Origin: Basidiobolus meristosporus CBS 931.73 | Taxonomy: Eukaryota; Fungi; Basidiobolomycota | NCBI GenBank assembly: GCA_002104905.1 | Contig: MCFE01000370.1 | Span: 1 to 64,000, forward strand | DNA: 64,000 nucleotides | Direction: 5' to 3' | In this document: one piece after another, positions 1 to 13,325 of the stretch | Position numbering within the stretch: the first letter of the stretch is position 1 | How the letters are laid out: each line of letters starts with the position of its first letter | The notes under the pieces: model-generated | Told to the model about the DNA's origin: nothing | The model's input: the letters and a program-made list of their open reading frames with translations, nothing else | Databases searched by the model: none | Position numbers and translations under genes: made by a program

Positions 1-6
1 TTTTAG

Positions 7-760
7 TCTCATGAGTGACTACGAAGTCACCTTGGTCAATGATAACATGCAAGAATTCTACGTAAGATTTCACGGACCCGAAGACAGTAAGTTTCCTGAG
101 TGATTAGGCTCTTGCTTGTACCATTCCTTATGGGCAACTCTACTTTGTTTAGCACCTTTTAGCGGTGGCGTATGGAAAGTCCATGTAGAGCTGCCAGATC
201 AGTACCCATACAAGTCACCCTCCATCGGATTTATGAACAAGATCTTCCATCCCAACATTGATGAACTGTAGGCTTCCCCCTCAAACTTCCTTCCACTTAT
301 TCAAATTGCTAACCTTGCCATTTGCCGATACAGTAGCGGCTCTGTTTGTTTGGATGTTATCAATCAGACCTGGAGCCCCATGTTTGGTCAGGCTTAATTC
401 GTATACACACCCTCTCGAAAGCTACCGTTTATTAACGTTCTATTGGTGCAGATATGATCAACATATTTGAAGTATTCCTGCCCCAGTTGCTACGTTACCC
501 AAATCCTACCGATCCCTTGAATGGAGAGGCAGCAGCCCTCCTGATGCGCGAGCCTACCAACTACGAGAACAAAGTCAAAGGCAAGTATGACCCCAAGCCG
601 ACCACATACCACAGCTCATTAACCTGATAGATTTCCAGATTACGTGAATCGTTACGCAACAAAAGAAGCAGCAGACGCACTCGACGACAGCTCAGAAGAT
701 GAGGATATGAGCTCCATTGGATCGTTTTCCGACGAGGAGGCAGCAGATATGGAATTGTAA
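7..760 (+). CDS. UBC8: Ubiquitin-conjugating enzyme E2, Ubc8/UBE2H type (5'-truncated by window edge, multi-exon)
   Basis: Spliced translation gives [21 protein letters not shown]...[10 protein letters not shown]...[26 protein letters not shown]...[12 protein letters not shown], then an acidic tail ending MEL* at 760. Active-site HPN...C motif is present. Confidence 0.93.
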
Positions 761-1122
761 ACGATATATTATAACCACTCGAACAATATTTTCAAAGGCT
801 ACTAGCGTTCATAGATAGCTATACCTAGTATGAATAAACTCCTGAATGTACAGCCTGTTAATGGTAACATGAGCCAACAAGATAAGACGAACGTGATTGG
901 AACCGAATGGGACATCAGTTTATCCAGAATGTGAATGCCAAATGTAAACAAGGAGAAACCAGCAGATATGGAATCTGATCAAGTATGGGTATATGATGGA
1001 TAAGAGAAGCAATTACAAGGATGGGAAGGGAGTGAGTGGTGGCAGCGGAGAAATCGGAATTACATGAGTTGGTTGAATTATAACTTATTAAAAGAAACTT
1101 CTAGATTAGACATCCGTTTGGT

Positions 1123-1230
1123 CCACCGTGATCTGGTGGTAAAATTTGTCGAGGCCTCTGGTAGTGAGTTTTGTCGGAGCTTCTACTGTGATCTGGTAGT
1201 GAGTTTTGTTGGGACTTCTACTGTGATCTG
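1123..1230. repeat. Short tandem repeat with a 35-bp unit (two near-identical copies at 1158-1192 and 1193-1227, plus a degenerate copy upstream)
   Basis: CTGGTAGTGAGTTTTGTCGGAGCTTCTACTGTGAT versus CTGGTAGTGAGTTTTGTTGGGACTTCTACTGTGAT; partial GTGATCTGGTGGT copy near 1128. Confidence 0.8.
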
Positions 1231-1282
1231 CTAGGTGGTATGTCGTTAGTCTCGGCTAGCGAGAGTTGCCATGTGGCTGACT

Positions 1283-4200
1283 TTACCTGATGCTCAGCTC
1301 TATCTGGTTCATCTCCAGATCCTCCTCAGAATTGGTATTCAGCTCTTTTTCTGGTTGCTCGGAGCTGTTTCGGGATTGATAGAGCTCCAACTTGCTGGGA
1401 CTTTCCTTGGACAGCTTCTTGTTGCCGGAGAATTTTTCAATCTCCCGAACAATATCGAGATCCTCGTAGTACCACATTTGTTTGGTAAACAATACCAAGT
1501 AACGTGGCAGCATTGATACCACCACGCATCCAAGAAAAGTCAACCAAAAGCTGGGCGACTTGTAGATGAATATCCCCGATCCGTAGGAATCGTTGTACGA
1601 AAACAGCGTGTAAATCAATTCGAAGACGATGGTGACGGCAATACTAAGGATTACCGAGGTAAACATCATCCAATTCCAGGAGTATGCGTTCATACCAACT
1701 TGCAGGTTCACGATGGTAATCAAAGTGACAGCCACACTGGATGACAGATCGAAGTTCCCTGCGTCGTATCCGCTCCAGCTCACTATATTCGTGGTGTACA
1801 GGAAATAGTATGCGAAGTAACACACTGCGGACTGATACAGTCCCTCCAAGATGTACACCCAGAAGCGGACCATGCCGTAGCGGGTCTGATTCATGCCAAT
1901 CTTATACAGGCTGGGATGGTCAAGTGCATGTTCATACCCAACGGCCTGATCACAACAGCCGATGATCACCACAGAGACTGTGGTAAAGATCAGATTGTAA
2001 AGCTGGATCCACACGTAGTCATAGAACAAATTGGCCGAAAATCCACAGAAGAACTGATACCACAACACAGCCAGCACCCAGATGACGTTCTTGTAAAAGG
2101 AATTGAGGATCATCTCGGCAATTCTAAGATAGGACCAGAATCCATGCACAAGTAGCAGGTTTTTCAAGAATCTGAACTGAGAAATTGTGTAGTCTGACGC
2201 CATGGCAGCCTGTAGACCCTCTTCACCAGAAATGGCCACTCCCACATCAGCCGCTTGGATCATACTGACATCGTTCGCGCCATCACCAATCGCTAGGCAC
2301 ACCGCGTTTCGGCCTTTGCGAATTAAATGGACGACTTGGGCTTTTTGCAGTGGGCTTGTTCGGCAACAGATCACTGAATGGCAAAGAGGTGCTATCTCAA
2401 GCAACAAAGCTCTGGTTTCCATATCATCCAGAATGAACTTCAACGCACTGCCGTCAATGACTAACGCATGAATGGTTGACTGGCGAGGGTAGGCTGAAGA
2501 ACGACGAGGCAATGGCAGTTGCTCAAAATAGGACGCACTGGGCCTGGGGCTAGCAGGCTCAGGATCCAGTGCAGAGGGGAAGCCACGAATGTTGGCGACA
2601 ACACTTAAAAATTGCTCTTTGGCAACAGCAATGTCATCGCCTCGGATTGTCCAAAGACCCATATCATTCGTTAGAAGGTTACAGGCAAACCCGATATTTA
2701 TAGCGGTTTCCATTTTGTCACCAGTGAGGACCCATACTTTCATCCCTGCCTCTCTTAGCGATAGAATACAGTCAGGGACTTGTTCCTGAAGCTTATCTTC
2801 GATAGCTGTGGCCCCGATCAACAGCAACTCTTTTTCTATCTCACTGCAGCAAAGTTCCATTTCCTCGTCGCGGCCGTCGAGCGTTGTAGAGGCTTGATGA
2901 TAACGCGCCTCCCATTCAGTGTACTCATCTTCAGAGATCACTTTGTAACCTAGGCAAAGCGTACGTAGACCTATGAAATGAATGGAAATTAGTCGATTTC
3001 AAAAACGTCCGGTGAGCGGTTGGCCATACCTTCAGTTGAGTATCCATCGATATGAGCAGCGGTGGTCTGAATGATCTCCTCTTGATTGTCTGCCAACCTT
3101 TCGAAGATAACGTTATCGGCACCCTTGCAGAACAACACGATGTCGTTCCAAGGTTTGGGTCTCCTAACGATTACGGACATTCTCTTGCGTGTGCTGTTGA
3201 ATTCCAGGACTTGCAAAAGCTGGAAAGTAAGCTCTTCTCCGAGAACATCGATGGTAATAGAATCCTTGTTTCTGCCGAGGAACGAGAAACCCAAGTCTTT
3301 GGCAGCAGTCACCAAAGCATTCTCGTCTGGTGACTCAGCCCGATACTGCAGTTGATTAGACTCATCGTGATATTCAGCATCACCCTCAGATTTTTCGATG
3401 ATCACGGTATGACAAACGGCCAACAATATGAAGAATTCTCGAATCTTCTGAGCATGCTCCTTTTGGAGGTCAGATGCGCCATCATCGGCTTTCATTTCAC
3501 GGAAGATATTTGGGTCGGCAAACGTCATGGTATCTATATTGGTGTTGGCGTATTTTGGGGTGTAGATCGACTTCATCGCTTGAATAAATTCATTGTAGAG
3601 CTTCTCTGGGTCAAAGCTCATCCTGGAGTCAGCAGGCTCAAGCCCGGCTCGGACTTTCGCACCCTTTGCGGCGTCTGTCTCACCCTTGAGCGACATTCCG
3701 TACGAGCGACCGTTGATTGAGCACCGGCTGAACTCCATGATGTTTCTAGTCAAGGTTCCGGTCTTATCGGAGAATACGTATTCAATTTGACCTGGTGGGG
3801 GATACTAAGTATGACATGAGCTGTTGATTGGGAGTTTACACAACAAGTACCTAAGTCATCAGAGAGGTTCCACGATTTAGGGATGCACACGGAATCGGTG
3901 GGCTTGTAATACATCTCGATATCCTGGAAGATGAAGAAGGCCTGCATCGTCTTGATAAACTCGATACTGACATAGAGTGAAATTGGAATGATATTCTGGA
4001 AGATAATCAAACTCGCCCTTGATTGAAATGTTAAGTGAGGTCAATTCCACAAGAAGAAGTATCATCCTTACCAGAATGTCACAAATCCTGATTCAGCCGG
4101 CGATCCTTCCTCTGCACCTTCAATGGTCTCTGAATTGTTTTTCTGGTTATAACCCCCGGCTATGCCGCAGATCAAGCACAGCACAATCAAGATCCCGAAG

Positions 4201-5433
4201 TTGATGATGATCTGATGTATACAAGAGAAGTTAGCCGGCGTTGCTCAGGAGTAGTGCTATGGCTGGACTGACCTGTTGGTTCATGGTTTTCTCGATTCGA
4301 CTTCTCTTGGATGGAGTGTTTCCTGAATTCAGCATGATTTTGGTGTCGCCTCCACTAAAGATAATCATTCCGATTACATATTCGGTGTTTCTTAATACAT
4401 GTCCACGCAAAAGGGTGTTGTTAATGTTAATGGGGACTAAACTAGGCCCCTTGGCCGCGTCGTCGTCGTCTTGATTTGTGGGGGCTTGATTGAAAATATG
4501 CATTGTGGCTTGGTAGGTGAAAAGGTTCGACGAAGGTAGGTCCGACTCGATGAAACATTGAAGGTTAACGCAATCCTGGGCAGTCTTGATGTGGGCCGTT
4601 TCATCGAGGCCAATTCTTGTTTTCAAGTTTGTTTCTCCATCAAGCTCCTTGGTTTCTACGTAACACTCTCCGTCTTCCTCAGAGGTTGCCAAGATGACCA
4701 TATCGGCTGGCACTGGCTGGTTGTTCCGAAGATAGATGAAGTCGCCCACCCTGACGTCCTGCCAGAGCACTTCGGTAAACTCGGCGTTTGGCGCATGAAC
4801 TGGCGATGGCTGCAGCATGGAGAGTTCGTCGAGGATGTCATCAGAATTTTGCACATTCTTTCGGCTAAACCATCCGAATTTCGACCATAGGTATGACAAG
4901 ATTTTTCGGGTGCTACGCTGTACACGTCGCCATATGCTAACGTTGCTCCCGAGATAATTAGAATTCTCCCACTGCTGCAGAATCTTGGTCTTTGAGCTGT
5001 TGTATCTCTTGTCGGAAGTGTGTCGTCTCCAATCCTCGAAGCCATCCTTAATGGCGGTAATGGCCATCACTACGGCAATTGGAAGCACCACAAATGCCGG
5101 ACTGCCAACCGCAAACCAAGGGAGCAGCTGTAGAATGACCAGGAACACAAAGTAAAGATTTGCAGCACGGTGAAATTGCTCGAACAGATTTTTCGGCAAG
5201 AAGGTAAACAAGGTGTATTTGGAAGTACGGATTCTGTTACTAGGAAAGTCCGTCTTGGGAAAGCCGTATTGATCCAGTGCACTCTCCGGTAGAGGGATAT
5301 TGACAAATATCCGGCGATTGCTGAGGCTGGAATGCCGTGAAGGCGAACGAAGTAAAGTTTGTTCTAAACGCTTTCTCTGTGCCTGCTGTCTATACTTGAG
5401 TATATGCTTTCTGCCGGGTATTGATTGCACCAT
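1283..5433 (-). CDS. P4-type ATPase phospholipid flippase (Dnf1/Dnf2/ATP8-like), multi-exon
   Basis: SNRIRTSKYT, ETKELDGETNLK, IIPISLYVSIE, spliced SDKTGTLTRN phosphorylation motif, YRAESPDENALV, LEFNSTRKRMS, TAIEDKLQ, LTGDKMETA, ICCRTSPLQKA, IGDGANDVSMIQ, then C-terminal TM helices. Confidence 0.95.
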
Positions 5434-6918
5434 TTTTGTCTCTGTGTGGTTGTGAAGTAATCTATGCTAGAGTTTCTGGCTGGGTCGAGATCGTAAGTTA
5501 GCTTGGAAGTGGGCTTGTGCTGGGGGAAAGGATAGTTACCAGTAAAGTGGAATGAAGACTAATATGGGTATCGCTACAGCTGAGCCGTTTCTAAGAATAT
5601 TTACAACGAACGCTTTGCAGAGAAAAATAAGCAAATATTCTACTGAGGATGCAAGATAAAGCTTAGGTTCTAAACACTTCCGCCGCGGTTTGTAGGAAGG
5701 TACGGTTTAAAAAGAAATTCGCTATTTGGAATACATCAAAAAAAACGGGTAAATCAAATAGCCAAAGTACCTTTGCCAAAAGGAAAGTACCATGTGCTCG
5801 AAATGGACGCGGATGATCGGTACCGGAAATCTATTCAGACAAACACATTTCGAAGCCGACCAGCCAACCAGCCCTAACCACTCCACCTTTAGCTTAAACC
5901 AAAATTGTGGGAATAAACAATGCGGATCGATATCGGAAGATCCATAAAAGTCCACGCAGCATTCCACACTATTCCCCTTTCACCAGCAGAGCGGGAGAAA
6001 CTGGGTTGCTTTCGGGGAATCGGTTTCCGGGAATCTACGAACAAACCTCTAATCACACACATCAAAACCTCGTATTGAAATGACTTTAGCCATAAATGGC
6101 ATTGTCTAGATATTCCATATTAGTCGGCCATAACAAAGACCTCTGATTTGTTACAGGGCGTTCGACTCAGAAGCCAAGCTGGTTGGTGGAAGCTCGCGTC
6201 ACTTGAGTACCTTGGACCATTCCAGTGCGTTCAATAACAAGGCGGCCTTCAACCAGTCAGCATTCAATGACTAGGAGGAATTCAACCATCCAACCATCCA
6301 ACCACCCAACCACCTAACCACCTGGTATCTATGCATCGCCAGCAACTCAATCACCAGAAAAATCATGTGCCAGCCTTCGAAAATCCACTCCTAACAAGCA
6401 ACCCTTATCTCCATTTGAGACGCCTCCTAACTAACTAACCCTAACCTTCAACTCAGGGGTAAGTGAGGCACCAGGAGCAAGGTGAAGCGGAGCCCAGCAA
6501 ATGATCGCAACTGGATTGTTCATATGTAGCAAAAATGGCGAATACTTCGTGAGCTTCTTCCCATTTCTGCACACATAACTATTGTGGGCAAAACCTGCTT
6601 GCTGAAGTCAAGGAAATGCGAAGGGGTGGTTGGAGTGAGTTGGGTAGCAAGTCAAATGTCTCCCATATTTGGTAAACTTGATGGAATGAGCATATTGCTT
6701 ACAATGATGCTATATGTAATGCTGGTTCGGTAGGCCAATCAATGGCTACCGATGCGATTGCACCATTTCACGCTGATATTAAGTCAGTTTCCGTCATATG
6801 AACAGAAGTTTAAAAAGCTCCCATCGATGTTGGAGCAGCCTAAAAGCCTCTTGCGCTTTCTGTTTGTCGAGGTCGCAGATATGACCAAGGTTCTTGCCTG
6901 AACCTCACTACAGCGACC

Positions 6919-7636
6919 ATGAGTTCGGAGAATATCCCTCTTCCAAGCACCGTCCTTCCTCCTCTCTGCTCCCTCAATTTTGAGTCAGAGGCTTATCAGA
7001 CAGCTACTCATTCTATCACCATGACCAATTACTCTTTCTATTCCAATCATCCATCTGCATACACACCAACGGTTCCTAATAAATCTCCTATAACTGATCA
7101 AGTCGCTTCCTCGGGGGAAACGTCTCATGGAACGAACTTGGTCACCAGTGCGCCATTCTCACACACGCAGTTGCCCGGCGACTCGTATCAGTCGACATCA
7201 ACCCAAGAGGTAGACGTTGACAGATATCACTCCCCTTCATCACCAACCGACAATGCTTCTGCCCAACATATCCTAGCGGAAAAGCGTCGCCGGAATGCTG
7301 GCGCATCAGCTCGCTTCCGAGATCGCCGGAAGCAACGGGAGCGAGAAATCCTCGAAAGATGTGTTTTACTTGAGGATAGAGTGAAGGAGTTGGAGCACGC
7401 GAACCCTTTCACTCAACAAATGGCCGAGTTATCGAATGAGTTAAAGCATGCACAATTGGAGAAAGCAAACGCCCTGGAAAAACTGAAGGTTTTGGAGAAT
7501 GAGGTATGTAAAGCAAGCCATCACGCCAGTGATGGGAGTGGTTAAATTAAGTGGCAATTATTAGGTAGCGTGGCTTCGAGAATTAATCGTCTCCAAAGGA
7601 GAGACTCTTCCTCCATTTACGGATCCCAAGTATTAA
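6919..7636 (+). CDS. bZIP transcription factor (fungal type; two exons, intron about 7504-7564)
   Basis: Basic region EKRRRNAGASARFRDRRKQRE followed by a heptad zipper. GTATGT..TTAG intron restores EVAWLRELIVSKGETLPPFTDPKY*. Confidence 0.85.
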
Positions 7637-8001
7637 GCAATCGCTTTGCTCCACGGTAGTAATTGGTTGAGGTGACAGTAGCAGCCAACCGAGGTGTCTC
7701 CCTGGAACATATATGCCGTGCCATCATCAACGTGCACGGTGCCAGCTCGTTCCTGACTTGCCTTTCGCTATGGGTAATATGATACATCAGCATGAGTATA
7801 TAGTCCCTGTGACTAGCTGTGTTCAATAAAACAAGGTTAATCAAGCCTCTGATAAACAGCAAATCAGAAGCGGGAGTTGTGTACAATCTTAACAGTCACA
7901 TCGTAAGCTTCACACATCTTGGAGCACACTGGTTGAATCGAACTGCATAGCTAGTGCTTACTGTGGCCTGTCTCAGGTAAAACCGAGTGGAAAGCTGATG
8001 A

Positions 8002-9165
8002 TTGGCAGTCTTGCATTCGCAAACGCTCCCGGATCGCGCTATTATTAAAGATTCTGACAAACATAAAACCATCACACCAGCCCTCACCCACATTCTTGTC
8101 AACGCTATCGCCGGGTATATAAAAGGTGCAATTTATTGGCATTCCACTGCTACATTCCCCTCCAGTTACCAATCCCTTCGCGACAATCTACCACAAAGCC
8201 TGGATGAATTGTTACGGAAGTTTGTGAAAATCGCGGATAGGGCCAATATTCACTCACCCACGCAGCGCTGGCATCAGTTATTAACGATATATCAGTGGTA
8301 TAGAGAGCAGAGGATGCCGGAAGAAGAGCTTGACAGGTCAGTCAATCGAATTTCCACGGAGATGACGAGTCGCTTGAAGATAGAACCTGGCCCGATGGAT
8401 CAAAAGGCGCAATTTGCAATGAGAGGCCAGTTCTCGGAATCTCCCGAAAAGAATGTGCCCATTGATACCATAAGTAAACGGCCCTCCAGACGTGATTCGC
8501 CACCAGTCTATGAAATTTTAATGGAGAAGCTACCGGGATACACGTGCTCGGTTCATCATGAGGGGTTCATGCATAGGAAAATAGAATTCACCAGCAATGG
8601 CAGCATTGCCAATGACAGGTCCTGGCGGTAATTTTGATCAACACCGCTCGATACACCAGTCATATTAGGCTAAACTCGATTGTTCAGGAAATGCTACTGT
8701 ATTCTATGGGGAACCTCATTGCAACTTTACAAGTACAAGCCAACTCAGTTCTATGTAAGTACTTCGTTCACCTCAGCCTGGCAGTCACTCACCAAATTCC
8801 AGCGTCCAGATCCCTTTGAAAGCATTAGCATGCAAAGAGCTAAAGTCGACTTGGCTGCGGACTACCGCAAGCGTTGCCACGTGTTCAGGGTACTTACCTA
8901 ACTCACAAGCGTAGAACATCAAACATAGAATCACTAACATGTGGCTACCTAGCTTCAAACCAGAGCTGGCCAGTTTCTATTACAGGCAAATTCTCGGAAT
9001 GATTTACTGAAATGGTTGAATTTCATTCAGGCCTCTGCCAATATTGCGCTGCCATTAGAGTCTAGGGTAATTTAATGTTGGACTGAGATGTGTGCTAATC
9101 CGGCCACTAATCCATTCATTTAGCGAATGCCAAATTTCACATGCTCGTATTATTCCCCTAATTGA
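8002..9165 (+). CDS. PH-domain protein (YHR131C/YNL144C-like), multi-exon; start and last exon uncertain
   Basis: PPVYE...EKLPGYTCSVHHEGFMHRKIEF...DRSWRKCYCILWGTSLQLY...SMQRAKVDLAADYRKRCHVFR...GQFLLQA...WLNFIQASANIALPLE. First in-frame ATG is at 8313, although the frame is open from 8002. Confidence 0.7.
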
Positions 9166-9249
9166 ATTGGTGTATTTATTAGATGAGACTGTTCATTAAC
9201 TGATAAACATTAGTAGTCGACTCCATTATCGGCTCCATTATCGGCCCTA

Positions 9250-10227
9250 TTATTGCTGTAAGCCGTCTACACGTTTGTTCCAAGCTACACAGTCAGCAAA
9301 CTTGACGCTTTTTCCTCCAAACACATCCAGGGCACTGTGAAGCCAAAATGTTAGCCCCTTGATTTCACTCGACAGTGAATAATCCCAGTAATACCTTCCG
9401 TAAGTCAAGTCCACCTTTCCGTTAGATAGTTTGTTCACTAGCTCCAAATCTTCAATTGCTAATAGTCAAGATAAATAAGTCGTCTGAATAGTCAAAATCC
9501 TTCAATGTTGGCTGAATACTTACAATAAGCACCACCTGCGTAGGTGGAAGGAATATTCACCCACTCACCCAACTCTACAATATAATAGAATTAGGAGATT
9601 ATGACATTAAAAGGAAGTAGTCCAGGGATTTTGTTTACTCTGAACTAGCTCTTGGTCGATTCCTCTGCATAGGCCTTCAACATCCGCCGCGTGAATCAGG
9701 AATTCCGAACAATACTCAGCCAACATATCAAGGCTCTCTTTATTCACCTCCAGGTCGGTGATAGTCTGCCACTTGTTCATAGCAACTATCCATTTGTCCT
9801 CTCTCCTACGACAGCTCACGTCCACCACGAGGTTTTCTCTACCGATCTTCTCAGATATCTGTTGCAATCTGTCCAAAGAGAACTTTCCATTTGGGAATAA
9901 CCAACTGGTTACGATGACTTTGGAAGCACCCAGAGACAACCAGTGTTCAGCGTTTTCTAAAGTGATGCCGCCGCCCACTTGTAAACCACCAAACCATGCC
10001 GACAAAGCCTCCTCGGCAGCTTTTTCGTTATTGGGACCAAGCTTGATAACATGTGCACCCTGGAGATTGTGCTCTTTATAGAGTCTCGCATAGTAGGCAG
10101 GTGATTCGGTAGCCACAAAATTGGTCTTCAATTCTTCCGGGTTAGCATCGCTCAAGGTACCACCTACAATTTGCTTGACTTCGCCATTGTGCAAGTCAAT
10201 GCAGGGTCTAAACTTCGTTACGGTCAT
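9250..10227 (-). CDS. HIS6: Phosphoribosylformimino-5-aminoimidazole carboxamide ribotide isomerase (4 exons)
   Basis: [45 protein letters not shown], spliced [14 protein letters not shown] and [14 protein letters not shown]. Confidence 0.95.
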
Positions 10228-10421
10228 GATAAGGCTCTACAGCACACAACACAGGTGAGAGTTATGGCCACCGGTCGATCATCGATAGTTATCTCTACCC
10301 CACCAGAGATCCTTAGATGGATATAAAATACCAATTTATTGATCGTAGATTACAGCGATTAAACCACCAATAGATGGAAAAATTTGACAAAACTCACCAA
10401 AAGAAAAATATACATGAAGGA

Positions 10422-12316
10422 TCAAGCCTAAGCAAGAGGTGGGTTAGAGAAGCGAGCGTGTTAAGTTCTCCAGTGAACACTTACGGGCACAGTGATGGCC
10501 TCCAGGTAGCGTATTCGAGTGCGAACCTTTTCTCGGTGCTCCCTCGATCTGCGATGGCGGAGGTTGATACGGCATTTAAAGTAAACAAAGATGCCGAAAA
10601 TCACCAGCGTGATTAAACCACCGATCAAAGAGACCGATAAGATCTGATTTAGAAATTGATACGTCTAGATGAGTTAAAACGGTTAGACACGAGACTGATA
10701 GATGCAGTTGTTTTTGTACACACTCTACTATAGCCGCATTGGCTGTTCTTTCCCACAACCCAGCACCCAACGCTCGACAAGGAGTTCAGGTCAATCCAGG
10801 CCAAGGGCTCTCCCGAAGCGTTGAGACTCCGTGCTAGGTGCAGGTTTTCTCTTGCCGTTTTGGGAACCGAGAATGTGTAGCCGGCTGGGCAGCCTCTATC
10901 CGCGGACACATAATGGTAACGGTGCTTATTCACGATAACCCACTGGAGGGAGAACATATGAGTCTCGATTGACGTGTGTATGTGCATAGGTACTGCTTAC
11001 ATCCGAGAAGTTCCGTTGCGAGAGACAGGCAACCGGCAGCTCCCGGTCACAACGCTGCACCATCCAACGACCACTTCGAGCATTCATCACCACGCACCTT
11101 TGATCCTGGTCACGGCCGTACGGGTCTGGCTGGTTGGGCTCCCATGACCAAATGGCCGGTATGAGGTTCACTCCATTGTACGTCTTCGGGTCGTTGAAGA
11201 CAAAGGAAAACCCGCATTGTGTCTGAATGATCAATCAGGTCAGATAAGCATACGCAAGAGTCAAGTCCGGATACATACCAGCGCACTGATGCTTTCCTCG
11301 GTGAAATTGCTGTTGTCTAATGGCTGGAAGATGGTTCGCCAACTCCAATAGTCAGATTCCACCTGCGTCGCCACCAGCCCTAGGTTGGATGATTGGGTTG
11401 GCGAGGCTATTACGCCGCTGAGAGCTGCGCAATTTTCATTATTAAATACTCCACTCGCCCCTAAACTCTTCTGGTTGTACAGCTCGTTAAAATGAAAGAA
11501 TAAACTGTCGATTAGGGTCGTGGATACTTGACTCTGGTTAGAGCCTGAGTCTAGCTCATACCCAAAGATGATTCTACTAGGCGAGCCATATAAATACGAG
11601 AACGGCGGCCAAGCCTCGGAAGACTCTAGATAGCCGGTGTTTTGGTTCCTATTCAGGATGTAGTAATGTTGCCCTTGGGCTACCCAATCCTGGGGAATAT
11701 TCAATCGAGACTGCTCCAGTTTACTGCGGGTGTAGACCATTTTGCCAACCGTGCGATAGACCAGGTCATAGAGAGTGTCCAGTGGATGGGCTGCCCCTAG
11801 ATCACCCAAGAAATGCAACCGCAAGAGGAGAGTGACAACGAAAAAAGAGGTCATGGAATCCATGGTGGAGATAAAAGTGCCTAGGTTGGTCAGAAATAGA
11901 AAAAACTCGGTCCCTGTCGAGCATTTGATATCCTTCTCCATCGTGTCTGTACCCGAGGAAGTCTGCGCGGCGGTGGCTACAGGGCAGAATTGCCACTGAC
12001 CCTTGCTAGGGTCCCAGTAAATATCCACGAACAACCGGGTATAGCCCGCGGATATCAGGCTCGTTATTCCATTTATCTTCGAGATTGAATAATCTCTTTC
12101 TTGAAAATATCCACTCGTAAGATTCAAGCCGACATGATTTAGACGATCGATAGGGATTTCCCAGGACAAGTCACGCTGTGTTAACAAGGAATTCTTTACA
12201 TAGAGGGACCCCCATTGGTCAACATTGTCCTCATTACTGTCACTAAGCGCTGTGTCTATGTTACAAATGGCAAGGACCGTGACTAGCAATAAGCATTTCA
12301 AGTTTGCAACTAGCAT
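10422..12316 (-). CDS. MTC6: Maintenance of telomere capping protein 6-like type I membrane protein with a C-type-lectin-like region (multi-exon)
   Basis: Signal peptide, TQRDLSWEIPID, GYTRLFVDIYWD, WSWEPNQP...RCVVM...GRWMVQRC, CPAGYTFSVPKTARENL, WIDLNSLSSVGCWVVG, TM helix (SLIGGLITLVIFGIFVYF), basic tail. Confidence 0.8.
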
Positions 12317-12542
12317 AGTGGCCGTTACGTTCCATCATGGAATGGCATGTAAGGTCGAGATCGAATTTATTATCTCGAACACTTCCGAAAATTTTCGACG
12401 TTTATCAGCAGATGTTCCAAATCGAATCTCTCTGGGAATATCTGATTACTAGCGGATGGTGATTTATTTGATAAGGTTGATGCTATGAAGAGTGAATGTG
12501 ATGAAATGTCTACATCACACAATAGAGGCGAATGATGCTAAT

Positions 12543-13163
12543 CTACTTGGCTGATGCCAGGACTTTCTTGACCAACTCAGCCACCAGACTCTTGGGAGCA
12601 ACGGCAGGATCGAGTTGGATAGCCTTCATGACTTTGCCAATGTCTTTGACACTCTGGGCACCAGTCTCTTTGATAGCCTTGAGTACTTCTGCCTCAATCT
12701 CACGCTCGCTAAGTTGCTCGGGCAAGTACTTTTGAAGTATTTCGACTTCTTCGGTCTCGTTTGAGGCGAGATCGCTTCTACCGGCCGATTCAAAGGAAGC
12801 AATGGACTCCCTGCGTTTCTTGATGGCGGATTGGATCAGGACTGCGATCTCACTGTCCGACTTGATGGATTTTCCTTGGGCCTTTTCAGCATAGGTGATA
12901 TCGGAGAGGATGGATTTCACGACCGAAAGTCTGGTACGTTCTTTGTTACGCATGGCGGTTTTGATGTCATTCTTGATTTGGACAAAAAGACCGTCGGCTA
13001 TTGTGACAAGGGGTAAGTATCTGGTCAATAAGAATTACGCCCATGTCCATATACCTGGTGCCTCAGTAGAATACCCGCGGACTGACAAAGCTGCTAGAGG
13101 CTTATAGGTAACCGAAGTCACTTGGCTAAGGCGTAACCCACGGATTGCAACACGAGAAAACAT
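12543..13163 (-). CDS. AIM41: Mitochondrial GatB/YqeY-domain protein (2 exons)
   Basis: Exon 1 MFSRVAIRGLRLSQ...RGYSTEAP looks like a presequence and splices to DIKTAMRNKE...KKRRESIASFESAGRSDLA...EILQKYLPEQLSE...DIGKVMK. Confidence 0.85.
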
Positions 13164-13325
13164 TTGCTCAGTACGAAGAAGGCTCATAATGCACATCGGA
13201 CATTGAAACATGATTCATATGAAGGGAAAATTTTTCCTGGACCAGATCACTGATAATTTAATTGACAATTGATGTTCATGCCTACATGCTAGTGTTCACT
13301 GAATAAAACTGATTGATCTTCATGT

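Noticed and set aside
1123-1230. 35-bp repeats as a CRISPR array
   Set aside because: The units abut with no unique spacers, there are no cas genes, and the context is eukaryotic.
6284-6450. CCAACCAT/CCAACCAC microsatellite and a CTAACCCTAACC telomere-like patch
   Set aside because: Short low-complexity promoter sequence; too few telomeric units to indicate an interstitial telomere.
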